The notes beneath the pieces are model-generated. The model made no database searches, was not told where the DNA came from, and saw only the letters and a program-made list of their open reading frames with translations. Positions 38,837-58,100 of a DNA stretch of 64,000 bases are shown one piece after another (position 1 is the stretch's first letter; each line of letters begins with the position of its first letter). The position numbers and the translations under genes were made by a program. Location of the stretch: positions 5,446,722 to 5,510,721 of the forward strand of contig OZ037766.1 of NCBI GenBank assembly GCA_964035545.1, given 5' to 3'. This stretch comes from Bugula neritina. Taxonomy: Eukaryota; Animalia; Bryozoa.

Positions 38837-41800
38837 ATGCTGATCACAGAGTTGTAAGTATACACTTCATTTTTAATTATAATGAAAAGTCAAAGAAATA
38901 GCTTTTAACTTTGTACATGTAATAAGAAATAGTGGTGTTGAATGTTGATTACTTAGACTAGCAGTTTATAGTGAGCCCTTAGTAAGTACACCACATCCAA
39001 ATAGTGATTGCACTACAAAGCCCCATGGTCTATGCAATCCCTTGTACAGCATTGAAATTGCTTGAAGCAGCACTAAGTTGGATGTCACTGAGTGCATTGG
39101 TTGAGGTTTGGGGGAGTTGAACAATTATGTATAATTATTATACAAATACTGCACTCAGTCACCCGTAACTTGATACTACTCCTAGCAATATTCGCGCAGT
39201 ATTGGAAATCCACAAGCTATGTTACAGCTAAAATAATCGCTAGTGTAGTTGGAATTTTTTTGTTGCCAATGGTTTATGTTTCATGTCACTGCAAGATAGC
39301 TAGCATGCCTTCCATTAAAGTTGATCCTCTATTATAAGCTTTAGTAAGCTTGTTATTCAACCTTCCCTTCCTATGGTTGACCTGGTAATCAATCATCACT
39401 GGCTCCACACTGTCTGATTTATAATTTATAAGGTTGTAGTTGTTGTGAAATTATAGGTTTTGTGTATAGGATTTAGGTTTGAATTTAGGTCGCTGCATGA
39501 TGGCTATCAGATAATTTAATTTTGTTTTCATATTAGCTCATTGCTATTCTCATTTATTTAGTCTTCTACAAATACATTCACTTATCTTTCTTCTGCAATC
39601 ATGTTTTCTTACTTTAACTAACAGCCAAGTTCCAATCAAACTATAATTCATTTCTTTGCAAACTGTATGCAATTGTCTAAAATCTAAATGTTATGATTGC
39701 AGTCGAATCATACTGCCTATAGCAGTGGAAGAATATCATGTTGGGCACCTGTATTCAATCACCGAGTCAAGCAAGAATGAAACTGGGGGAGGTGAAGGCG
39801 TAGAAATTGTAAATAATTATTCGTATACTGGAAACCCAATATTCTTTGGTGAATACCCAGATGGGCAATACACTCACAAAATACACCACATGGCCAGGTC
39901 AGTTCTCTTATACATACACTGGCCAAGAAGTTTATATGTTTTGAAGCATCGCAAGAGATTTGTCTGCATTGCATACCATGCATCTCTTCTCTATCTAACA
40001 TTTTCCCCACATCTTCTGTTTTTAATAGCAAAGTACCACGGTACATTCAAATGTTGGCACCAACAGGATCTATAGACCTTAGAGAAGAGGCATGGAATGC
40101 ATATCCTTATTGTAAGACAGTCATAACGGTAAGGCAGGCATAAAAATATAATATGGTCATTTATGGCAAGTTTTACTAGAGAAATTTTAAAATTTTTATT
40201 CATAAATAATATGCTTTTGTCCTGTAATGTTAAGGTTCCCAGGAGCCCCTGTAGTTAGCATGCTATCCTGCTAGAACCACTGTTTGATTCCCAGTTATAG
40301 GGAGCAATTGTTTTACAATCCGAAACACTTTTTGACCCAACATAATTTTATCTATAAATGAAAACACAAATGCAGTATATTATAATGAGTATAGTATTTG
40401 TATATTTGTGTGCCATTTGTATATGCTATTACTGAAATACATACATTATATACATACATATGTTATATGTACATACTTTTATAAATTATATAGATTTATA
40501 TGTACACAGTACATCTACTGTATGTACTGGTACGGCTTAAATAGTTTTTATAAATTTGCACATTTTATCTTCTAAGAACCCTAAAACACCAGCACTCAAG
40601 GAATGTATAACATTTGAATTTACAACTTTCAATGTTTTGCATTTGCTGTTTTACATTTCCTTTTATTATAAGCTGCTAACTCAGTATTGCAGAATAATGG
40701 TTTGTTTTATCTGGATTGATATAGAACCCAGATTTTATGTATTTTAGAATCCAGATTATATGAAGGACGGAATGTTTATATCCATTGAAACGATGCACTT
40801 AGCTGATAAAGGGGAGACAGAAAATGTAAGTACACCTGAGAGTTGAATAACATTCCAAAGTTTCTAGAATAACCTGACTGCTAATCCAAATTTCTCTCTT
40901 TCTGTTACATAATATGTAACTGTGACGTTCTAGGGCCCCGGCAACATGGAGGCAAAACTTGAAGTATTAAATAACATTTCCAAACTCCTACAGTTACATT
41001 TCAACCTAATGCTTTTTATTCAGTGTATGACTGCATATCTAGAACACAATATGGCCATTTTCAACCTTTCTTTCCCACTTTGCTCAGCCCTTAGCATTTG
41101 AAGTTGGTGGCTTTGATATTGTTCTTTGCTGGTCTAGAAAATTCAGCGCAAAAAGTTTAAACTAGTTGTTATCACCTACCATGCAGGCCAGTTCCAAATA
41201 GTCATACTTCTGCAAGTGCTTGCCTTATTTTTTTATTACATTGGTAGCATTTGTGTCAGCTAGGTTTTGACATTCTAACCGTACTAGCCCGATAACACAT
41301 TTATTTGTCTATGGATTGCAGGCTGTACTAGGGATTTTAGATTTTATTTCAATGATAAGGAATTCTCTGTAATTATATGCTAGAACCTTCTTGGTTTCCA
41401 CACATTTACAGGGTGTGCGAATAAAGAGGTAAATACCATGACTTTTTGTTGTTTTTAAACTTTTTGTATTAATCATGTCAGTACATAACGATAATCAGGT
41501 TCACAGACTGACTCCTGAGGAGTTAGAGCAGAGGAAGGTCGTATACATCGATGTAGCCAATGATAAGGTTGCACCTACTGATTATAAGGCTGATGAAGAT
41601 CCAGCAAAGTTTAAGTCTGAGAAGACTGGTAGAGGACCCCTAGGAGAGAATTGGATAGTAAGCTCATATATGTAGACTATATAAACCTTTATTGTGGTGT
41701 TGCCAGGTCACAATTTAAATATACATAATGTTTATATCTCTCCATTACTATTTTATACTAGCTATTAAAAAGATTAATATTAACTAGAAATGCTTAGCAT

Positions 41801-43214
41801 AAAGATAATATATGCATTAGAAAAATATTTAATAAGCTAAAGTGTAGCATGAAAACATTTCAGCAGATTAAATTATTTCTTGGTATTATCTCTTTGGGAG
41901 TTACGTGTGTGTGTGTGTGTGTGTGTATGTTTTAAGAATATCTTTACTGGCTATCTTTACAGGCTAGCAATTTAATTGAAAATAAATAAACAAAACACAT
42001 ATTTTTATTTGTTCATTATATAAACATTTCGGACACCACGGCATCCATTTTCAAAGTCATAAATGGAATAAAATTTAAAAGTCAAAACGTTATACACTAA
42101 ACTGCAATACAGTTAACTTAACCTGCACTTACACAGTTGGCTTCTTGAACATTTATATAATAAAAAGAATATTCAGGTCATCCAGGCCTCCTAATTTTAT
42201 CAAATATTTCAATTTGTTGGCTCAAAAGAAAATTATTCAAGCATTACCTTCTCCTTCTAACTTCTAAGTAGTAAAGATTTATGGATGTGACCTAAATTTA
42301 GACTACAAACGTGTATTTATTCTTTATATGGTCTGATAAAATAAAAACTTTTATTGTAGAATTTTAGCAGTTTAATGCCATTTCTTATATAACAAGTGAT
42401 TTGAATGACTTGTAGGAAACCTCCACCCCTGTGATGTGCTGCTACAAACTGGGTAAGTGTGAATTCAAATGGTTTGGACTTCAGTCTCAAGTAGAAGATC
42501 TTCTCTTTCGAGTAAGTAGATGACATGCTATAGTTTCTCTGATACACATACAGACATGTATACATGTAGAGGTTTTCAATTGATTCTATGATTTGTTTCT
42601 TTGTAGATGTTTGAGCTGTAAAATCATCTTCAAATTAAATTTTACTATAGCCTTTGGTCACTCATATTTTCAGGTCCATCATAGAATGTTCACTAACTTC
42701 TATAGACAAATGTTCTGTCAAATTGACCAGTGGCATGGTCTAACTATGGAAGATATCCGTGCAATTGAAGAGAAAACTAAGCATGAACTTAATGAGGTAT
42801 GGCATTTAGAGTTGCCTTCCCTATTTCTGGCTAAGCAGTTGTGTTGACAAATTAACATGCTTCATTGGAGAATACCTTGTAATAACTTTGAACTTACATG
42901 CTTTTGTTGTAGCATTAGCTCTAGCAATACGAAACTTAGAATTGTATCATGAAGACCCATGACTACTGAAAGCCAAATAATATTATATTGATTCTTAATT
43001 AACTATTCCGTAAAAGTATGTTCTAATTTTTGCACTTCGTATTTTAATTTAGTTCAATTATAACTAACCTTTTAAGAACAATGTTTGATATGATTATATT
43101 TTATTGCGTGCAATGTAATTAAAGTAGAACTTGTTGTATTAACAGACTTTGGTGATTTTTCTCTTTTAGCTTCGGGAAACAAGTTCAGTCAAAGGAACTA
43201 TGATTAAAATGTAG
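38837..43214 (+). CDS. Class I PITP, paralog 2 (most divergent)
   Basis: Exons 38837-38853, 39703-39897, 40029-40128, 40748-40825, 41499-41657, 42416-42511, 42674-42796, 43170-43214 give an intact ORF with the same intron phases as paralog 1. Confidence 0.92.
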
Positions 43215-44476
43215 TCATATTTTCATTGGAATGATTAAAAGAAATTATATAAACACAACAGCTCACACTGCACCTTTTGATCAATTTCTTCTTTTAATTT
43301 TACTATAACGCCATAAAACATCATTTATAAAACAATTGCTAAATATTCCTGTTTATTTGTATCGATTTTTTAACTAGGTTGAAACTTTAAGCTATATATT
43401 TGCTATAAAACACGGGGAGTTGTCATTTCTACACATATTTTATTTCAAACAAGTTAATATTATGCATTTGGTTAACAGCTTGTTCCTTTATTAATCAGAT
43501 TTTTATTTTTCACTATTGGGCTATGCTATTATAATATAATATAATAAAATTGATTTTGTTTAAGCTCAAGTTAATCTTTATTAACCGCATGGGTACAGTG
43601 CAAAGTGGTTAGCAAAGAAAATCATTATAACATCTAATAGCATATTATATAAAAGTAAACTAGTAAATGAAATCTAATGTAAAAGCTATAGGACAATTTA
43701 TCACTTGTCTATAAATAAGACAACTGTTTCCCAGTTTAGTTAAACCTATATGAGCTCCCAAAAAATATAACTTCACAAAGAGCTATTGAATTGACCAGCG
43801 AATGGACAACGTTATACTGAAAGGTATTCCTGATTTTATTCACACTCTGTAAGCGATACTAAATAGCTACGCTAAATATTGGCAGCTATAGTGTAATGTC
43901 TGGCACTTGATAAGGAATAAGAATGCCCTATGTAAGCTGGAGTACTATAAATTAATATTATTACCCTGTTAGATAGTTAATGCATAGTTAAAAGTTTTGA
44001 ACTTGATATAACTGAGATTCAACGGTGTGCAACCATTACTTGCTATCAAACTTAAACAATCTCTTAAAGAAAAATGACTATACAACCAGATCATAATACA
44101 ATGTACTAATAAGATTTAAAGCCCAAGTTGACAACATATTTTTTCAATTAACTATATATGACTCAAATGGTGAATTGTAAAACTTTAATGCATTAGTAGT
44201 ATAATTGTGGTTCTTTAAATCTTAATTTCATAAAATTTGGTTTGGGGTGTGGAGGAGGAGGAGGAAATTTTATGAGAACATGACTCCTTCCTTTTGCAGC
44301 ATTTGTACTTAAAACACATGCAAGCTTTCCTCATTTTTCTATTGCTACACCTGCATCCCAAAACCTTTTTGTAATAATATCACAGAGGTCATGCAGATTG
44401 GGAATGACGTAAATATTTATAAATGTTTAAATTATTGGTTGTAAGAGCTTGTGTTATTTATCTATTGGTAGTTGCT

Positions 44477-45020
44477 TGTATCACTTGATTTGACCTCTAA
44501 CCTGATCTCTGACCCCAAAAGAAAAGCTCTAATTTTATATATAGTAATTTGTGAAACTTTACAGATACACGTGGCACAGTAACTTTCTTATAATAAATTA
44601 ATCCATTGAAAAGGTTTTTTCAGGACTGAAGCTGTCTCTATTTGGATTATACAAACTACTGGAGCTCAACTAGTGATTCATGGTCTCAAGAACAAGAAGC
44701 AAACTTCAAAATTGGTGGCAGCAGCGCCATGAGTAAATATTCCGGGACATATAAGTTGGTACTCAGAAAGCAGTTAGTGGGTTTTCAAGAAAGGTGTCGG
44801 GATGAGAGTTGAGCAAATAGCCCAGGTGCTGGAGACTTTGCTAGCAAAGCAAGAGTGACAATTTTCTCGGAGATTCAAATCTTTAAGGCGCTACAGTTTG
44901 ATGTGACTGTGGAGGAAAACTTTTTGCATTGAAAGATCATAACATTTGGACTAAAATGCATGCCACAGAAGTGGAACAGCTGCAATGAATTTTCTTCGGA
45001 GTAAATAGACCTACACCAGA
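44477..45020 (+). mobile_element. Possible decayed LTR-retrotransposon remnant (LTR end, PBS-like site, broken gag-like start)
   Basis: TG...AATAAA...CA followed by TGGTGGCAGC (~44713), then a stop-interrupted MRVEQIAQVLETLLAKQE*QF frame. Only weak pattern resemblance. Confidence 0.3.
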
Positions 45021-47204
45021 GGCTGTAGTAGAAGCTAGCATGCTAGGAATACTAAGCTGCCATACTAGAAAACTTTGTATTCATATTTTCATACACAATA
45101 CATTTTCAACAATTTACTACCTATTATACTACCTATTACCTATTATCAGTGGCTTGCTGTAATTTATTTGTGACATCATTGCGACGTTCACATGTAACCT
45201 GAAACCTATTTGTATCTGTTACGTTCCAGCTACCTAATTAGAAATCTTTACCTTGTTGGACCACAAATTCATCAAACAAAATTTAGTAAACAAAGTCAAT
45301 AGTTGGATAATGAAGGAACATTTGAGCAATAAACGTTATCACCATACAGTGGCAGAATAAAATGGTGGTACATATTCAGCTGTATAGTAGACAAACATAT
45401 TCAGGGTATGATTATATCCGTGCAGTAAATAATATTATGAAGCAATACGTATACCTTTTTCGTTAGCTTATAATAATATTATTATAATTGAGATTTATTA
45501 GCTATTTGAAGCCGTTTGAGAGCGATCGTAAATTTTGCCAAGGACCGATAACTTCTTAGTTACGAGTTGATGATAATTAGAACATCTCGATCGCATTGCT
45601 CTAGTAGCTACATATTATATGCAATCAACTGTTAATAATTGTATGCAAGACAACTACTTGGACTAGTAGGAAACGGGCTTTCTGACTCATTTGGAACTTG
45701 TTTTTACCTTTTCACCAACCAACTGTCCGCGTTGATCTGGCATTTACTGTGATTCATCGTTTACTTGTCGCGTTTAGTTGTTTTACAGAATAACAAAAAA
45801 GTTTTTATTATACCATATAAGATCTCAATGATACACGTATTCACATTGGACTTTGTTCTAGGTTCATTTGAAATTGATTTACTTGTAGTTTTAGTAAAAA
45901 TTAGTCATACTCTAACTCATAGTTATTATGATTATCATTATGATTATCAATATCATCATCACTTAATCATTATGATTATCATAAATAATCATTATCATTA
46001 TGATTGTTCATTTTGATATATTTTTTATCAAGTTCAATATAAATATAAATATCAGTGGTATTATTAATGGTGATATTAGCATCATAATAATAATATTTAT
46101 AATTATATTCATATTGATATTGTTAATCACTTAATCAGTTAATGAGCATGCCTTATAGTTATAGCTATAGTAATGGTATAACTTATTACTTATAGTATAA
46201 TTATTACTGTTAGTAATACTGTATTACTATATTTATTAGTATTAGTAATAGTATTACTATTACTAAATTTAATAGTAATACTTATACTATAATATTGATT
46301 ATACTCATGCTCAGCCTCGTGCTTATGGTTATACTTGATTTTATACTTGTAGTTGTACTAGTAGTATTACTATTACTATTAGTATAACTATAAGTATTGC
46401 TGTAAGTGATAACAGTAACACAGTATTTCTATTACGATTAGTATTACGGTTACTATTAGTATTAGTATTATTATAACTATAAGACAGATCAATTTCAAAG
46501 TTTCCTATTTTATATTGAATTCAATAATCATTATCATTTTGATTAATAATATTATAGTTGTTAGAGTTGGTAACTATGCATATAAATGTAACTAATGTTG
46601 TTTTACTTGTTAGTTATTGTAGCATAGCTTATACTTATATTCAAGGTTATATAGTAATTTATTAATACTCTACCTAATTGACAAATTGTTTATTATTACG
46701 ATTACTGTTACAGTATTAGTATTAACGTCATTATTAATAATTAAATACTGTTATTGATTGCTTATTATGAGTATCCTATAACAATTTTCATGTCATCGGT
46801 AGTAAAGAGCTTTAGATTGTAAATGTGACTGTTATTACTGTAGCACTTTGAAACAGGTTAAAACATTTTAAAGTTACTTTATGTTTGAGTGGCAATAACT
46901 TCCAACGGTTGCTAGAATTGCTCTGCAGAACTTTTTCTAATTGGTTATAATACTGATAATTTACCAATGATTTTGGTTTCTTTCTCTTTGCCTGCAGCTT
47001 GAAATATGCTTTTATATGCAATAACCGTACAATATGCTCATAGCATACATAAAATAAATTGGTTTGTTTCCACTAAGCTGTAATGCAGTCCTGTTAAACT
47101 CTGTTGAAAAATGTTGTCTTATTTACATTGTCTATGTAGCCGGCCACCAGTAAGACCATCTGTATAAAAGAAATTACTTTTTGAGAAAATAAACAAGGTT
47201 CAAC

Positions 47205-53359
<6,155 letters not shown>

Positions 53360-54538
53360 CTATTCCATTGCCAAACAGATAGGATGTAATTTAGAGAGTG
53401 CTTACTCTAGTCTAAGCTATGTTGACACCCACCATCACTTAGTGCTACCACTACGACATTTCACTCACTTGTTGACATTTAATAGTTTAGTATTTGTATA
53501 GCTTTCTTTCAATCTTAGAATCATGGCTGAGTCTACTCAAAATTTTTTCTAACTGTCCCACTGTTTTGTAAAATTGGAAGATGCTATTTGCTTACTGATT
53601 TTCTAATAAATTGTATAACTCTATGTAATATACTATTTCTCTACACAAATTAACTTTTGTATCTGCTGGTCTGTGTTTCATGTCCCATATGTGTTTTGCT
53701 CTTCGTTGATCAACAATTAGTTACATGTTGCCCAGACGTGTTGTTTTGTCGACTTAATTTTGGCTAGTTATAATTTTAGTGATGCTTTTTGTTCGGTGAT
53801 GATGAGCTACGCACTCAGTGTTGCTATGCTATTATAATAGTTTTATTCTTGGAGTAATACACATTATTGGCTAAAATTTTAGGTAATTTGAATGTATAAT
53901 ATATTATTTTATATACGAAAATTGATATTATGTTCTATTTGGGGTTTTATAGTTTGATTGACATAATATATATGTAATTCCACTCTATTAATTAGACGTG
54001 TCTAAATCTTTTCTGTTCTTGTAACTTCCACTAGAAATACAGATTATATTTCTGTTTCTTTGTCAATTGGTTAAACATCTTTATTTAATGTTTGGCTGAC
54101 AAGTGCTGGTAAGTTTGTCCTCTCAAGTTGCTATTGCATCATTACTATGCAATATTGAGGCTTATAATAATGACTAACGAAGAAGACAACTTCTAATCAA
54201 ATGGACATATTATTTATAATAAATGTCAATACAAGTCTCTCCAAACATATGCAATCTATTTTTCAATTATTCTCAACGTTATTGCTTAGCTTTGTCAAGC
54301 TAGCGCTAAACAATTTCGAAGTCATGTGGTAGTAAATTAGAATTTTCAGCCTCTGATTTGTGTAAGTTGATCTCGCCTTGGATAATATGTTTAGAGAAGA
54401 TAACTCTTAAACAATACACAATAGTCACCAACTTGGCGCGTTTTCTATAAAGCAGGTTAAAACGCTTGATGTTTTAATATGGATCGAAATATTGTGCAAT
54501 GGCAGTTTCGCCAAAGTTCTAGCAAAGAGTAACTTAAA

Positions 54539-54587
54539 CTGGGAATTCCCAGCCCTGAATTTTACCTGCGCAGTTTCATTTCGTTCC
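54539..54587. promoter_or_regulatory. Putative NF-kB site (GGGAATTCCC) plus an IRF-E/ISRE-like motif (AGTTTCATTTC) upstream of the TRAFD1/XAF1-like gene
   Basis: A perfect 14-bp palindrome CTGGGAATTCCCAG at 54539-54552 and AGTTTCATTTC at 54572-54582, about 600 bp upstream of the ATG. Confidence 0.55.
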
Positions 54588-55166
54588 TCTCATAATCTTT
54601 GATTTTGTAGTTGAGTAGATGTTTTTAAAATTTATTCTGTCAGAAGCTTTTAATATTTTTTAATTGAAGTATGGTTTCAATATCTATACCGATGTATACG
54701 TTAACTTTGATATTCTTTTTTAGTTTTTTAATCATATTGATATTTACATTTTCATTATGATTATGTCATTAGATTATGATAATCATAATGATTATCATTA
54801 ACAATAACTTTAAATAATTCATCATTATGGTATGCTCATAGAGTTAGACATATTTAATGTTGTTTCAATTGATATGTAGTTGTTATAGTAATAGTTATAA
54901 TTACGAGTTAATTGTAAGTTACTCAGTACCACTAACTTACCTTTATTTTTTTTGGTAAACAAGGCTTTCTTGCAGTTTGAGTTTCAGTTAAGGATACGCC
55001 TTTGCCTAACTCTATGACCTATAGTTATAGGTATCCGTATTGTCAATTTTTTAGAGTGTGACTACAGTAGGTTAGGTATATATCATATCTGGTGTTACTT
55101 TTTTATTGATGTAGAAAGTATTAAACAAGAAGAGCTGTATGTCTTTACATCTAATACTTAGCCAAG

Positions 55167-58100
55167 ATGTCTCATAGTTCAGGTGATACTCTAGAGGCAG
55201 AGTGTCAGTATTGGTGAGTTTTTCTTCTCTTTACATTTATTTACTTTAACTAATACAAATTTTAGTCGTGAGGTTTTTGTAACCAGTTGAATTTGGGCAT
55301 GTTTTCTGTTTATCAGATATATTCAGCGTAACAATTTATGTTTAAAATTATCTGTTCTATACTTGCATTGCTGTGAAATTTGCAATATGTTTTAATGAAG
55401 TAAGCAATATTTGTTATAAGAGAAAATATGTGTCTATGTTTAGCAAATCGGTCATTGAATGTTTTTACAGCAAAAATGAAGTGCCCCGTGCCAATCTGCA
55501 CATGCATGAGCTGTATTGCAGAAGGCACCTGCGTGTTTGTGATGTATGTGGAGAAACAGTACCAATAAGTTTCTTAGATGAGCATATGGAGTCTGAACAC
55601 AGAGAAGTGCCTTGTAGCCTGTGTTCTAATCTTATTCCTAGGAATAAACTCTTATCACACATGGTAGGATCTTGTGCATGCTATGACTTTGGGCTAATTA
55701 ATTGTGTACTCAATAACTTGGAAATACTGAGCAGAAATAGTGTAGGAAAATAGTGTATCAAAAACTTCAGTATTAGAAAGCAGTAACTATTCATGTTGTG
55801 GGAGAATTATTACCTTTTTAAAAATTCAATTATTAAAAGTCTACATGACATGCGTTAATTGATATTTTTCATAACTAAAACTAATTGAAATGATGCAGAA
55901 AAAAAGTTGTTTCACTTAATGTAATTATTCAAGTAATTTCGACGAGGTTCTGCTAAGTGTGCAAATTTGTCATTACGTTGCATTTTCTGCATTCTGGTTA
56001 GTGGAAATTTAAACCTGAAAACTTAAACTTTTTTCCAGGAGTTTGAGTGTTCCCAGCGACGTGTACTCTGCCCATACTGTAATTTAAAGTATCCATTTGT
56101 CGAGTTGGCAGATCATAAAGAAGTTTGTGGGTCAAGGACAGACAAGTGTGAGAAGTGCTTGAAAACAGTTATGCTGAAAAATATGCTCCGTCACCAAAGT
56201 TCTGGCTGTAGATCTCATGCTATAGAGAGCAGTCGCCCAGTACCTAAGCCACGAGATGTGTCCTCTTTCTACACTAGTCTAGATAATGAGTACACATCAA
56301 CCTACCCTCCATATCATTACTCCTCCATACCTCGACAGCGCGACATGCGTGGCCGCCATTTCAATAATGTCTCGGCTCAAAGTGGGCCATTGCTGTCAGA
56401 GGAAACAGGACATGCAGAGAGTTTAGTTGGTTCTTCTGCAAGTGATCAAGTCAATGGTAAGTAGAAGGGTTGGTTTGTGGATACTTGTAATTATCTTATA
56501 TATAATATATATAGTATAAATATATAATATATATAATATATATAGTATATATATATATTATATATACTATATGTAATATATAAGTGTGTGTGTGTGTATA
56601 TATAACCAAGAACTGAAATGTTAATATAAGTTCAACTTGCCAAGTTACATTACAACTTGAACGTAGCGGATACTTTAAATTTTACTTGTACTGCAAATGT
56701 CAAATAACCCTGGTTCATATTGTTAGACATTATTAACACATGTATGTGCATTTCTATGCCTTCCATTCCTTCAGTTTATTATGTTGTTCGTAAATACAGA
56801 TGATGAGTTAAAGATTCCTTGTGAGTTCTGTGAAAAGCTGATATTTGCCGAATCATTATATTATCACCAGGTAAGTTATCTGCAGTCTCAGTTTCTTTCA
56901 GACATTTTATTGCTTTGCAGTAACTTCTCATGTAAGCTCTCATTCTCATTAGACGTCTAACAATCATTATATTCTGTGGCAAAGTTAGATTGACCCGTTG
57001 TTACAGTTATGAAAGTAATATTAATTATTGCAGCAATCCTGCCCCAAGCGACCTTCAGAGGTAGCCCGTCCAGTTCGAACTCGACCCGCTGCTCAACACC
57101 AAACTAATGAATTCAACACTTCTGGAAGAGATAGCCTCGTGGTAAACTCAAACTCCCCTGCTGTTGATGATCAGTCTATTGCTCTTAGTAATGAAAGCCC
57201 ACTCACTTATGGGCACACAAGAAGAAATCAGCAAGCCGTAAATCCTCTTCTTAGTTTGTTTGGAGGATTGAGTTATTCTAGTAATTCCAGCACTGCACCT
57301 CCGGCTAGGGCTGGTGGCTTTGGCCCCCCGGCTAGGGTGGATGGCTTTGGCCCCCCGGCTAGGGTGGATGGCTTTGGCCCCCCGGCTAGGGTGGATGGCT
57401 TTGCCCCCCCGGCTCAAACTAACTCAAGACACAGAGACCCATACTATCCCAGCCCATCTGCTCAGCCTCCACCATACGACTACGATGATAATCCTGTACC
57501 AACAGTATTTACCTGTCCTCCAAATTGTGCGTGCGGCAGGGGGAATAACCCTATAGGTTAGCTTCAGAATCATATTTTAGTATTGTTGGTCTTCTAGTTG
57601 TTTTCTAATGTTTTCGTTGGCATGATTAATGAAATACATTGTCAACTAGTACAGATACAAATAATGTGACTTAAATGTTAATTTTTGTAGATTTGGAGAA
57701 TGAGGAGTTTGTTGAGTGTTCTGTGTGCAGTTTTCCTATAGCTCTTCCATACCTGACTGATCACGAATACTACTGCCAGTTGAAAAAGGAGGGTAAACGT
57801 CCTCCTACACAGCTAATGCTTATAAAGTTCTACCCTCCTAACTCAGTGTAAGTTTCCGGCTTGCATTCTTCAAGTTTTGATACATTTGCTCGTGGAATAT
57901 TTATGACTGATGATAATAATTCTAACTGATAAACCAGTTTTTATTTCAACAAATCGGGTTGAAGAAGGGGGACTACAAATTATTGTTATTCATTTGTTAT
58001 ATTTATTAAGAAGGAAATTTACTTTTTGGACTGCTGATATTTCATGAGTAATTCTAGAATAATTTTATGACTATTAGGTAGATTTTGTTTTCTATTCAGA

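Noticed and set aside
41407-42040. Tc1/mariner-like TIRs (TACAGGGTGTGCGAA ... TTCGGACACC) flanking PITP2 exon 5
   Set aside because: The right-hand match is too short and degenerate and lacks a TA TSD, so exon capture cannot be supported.
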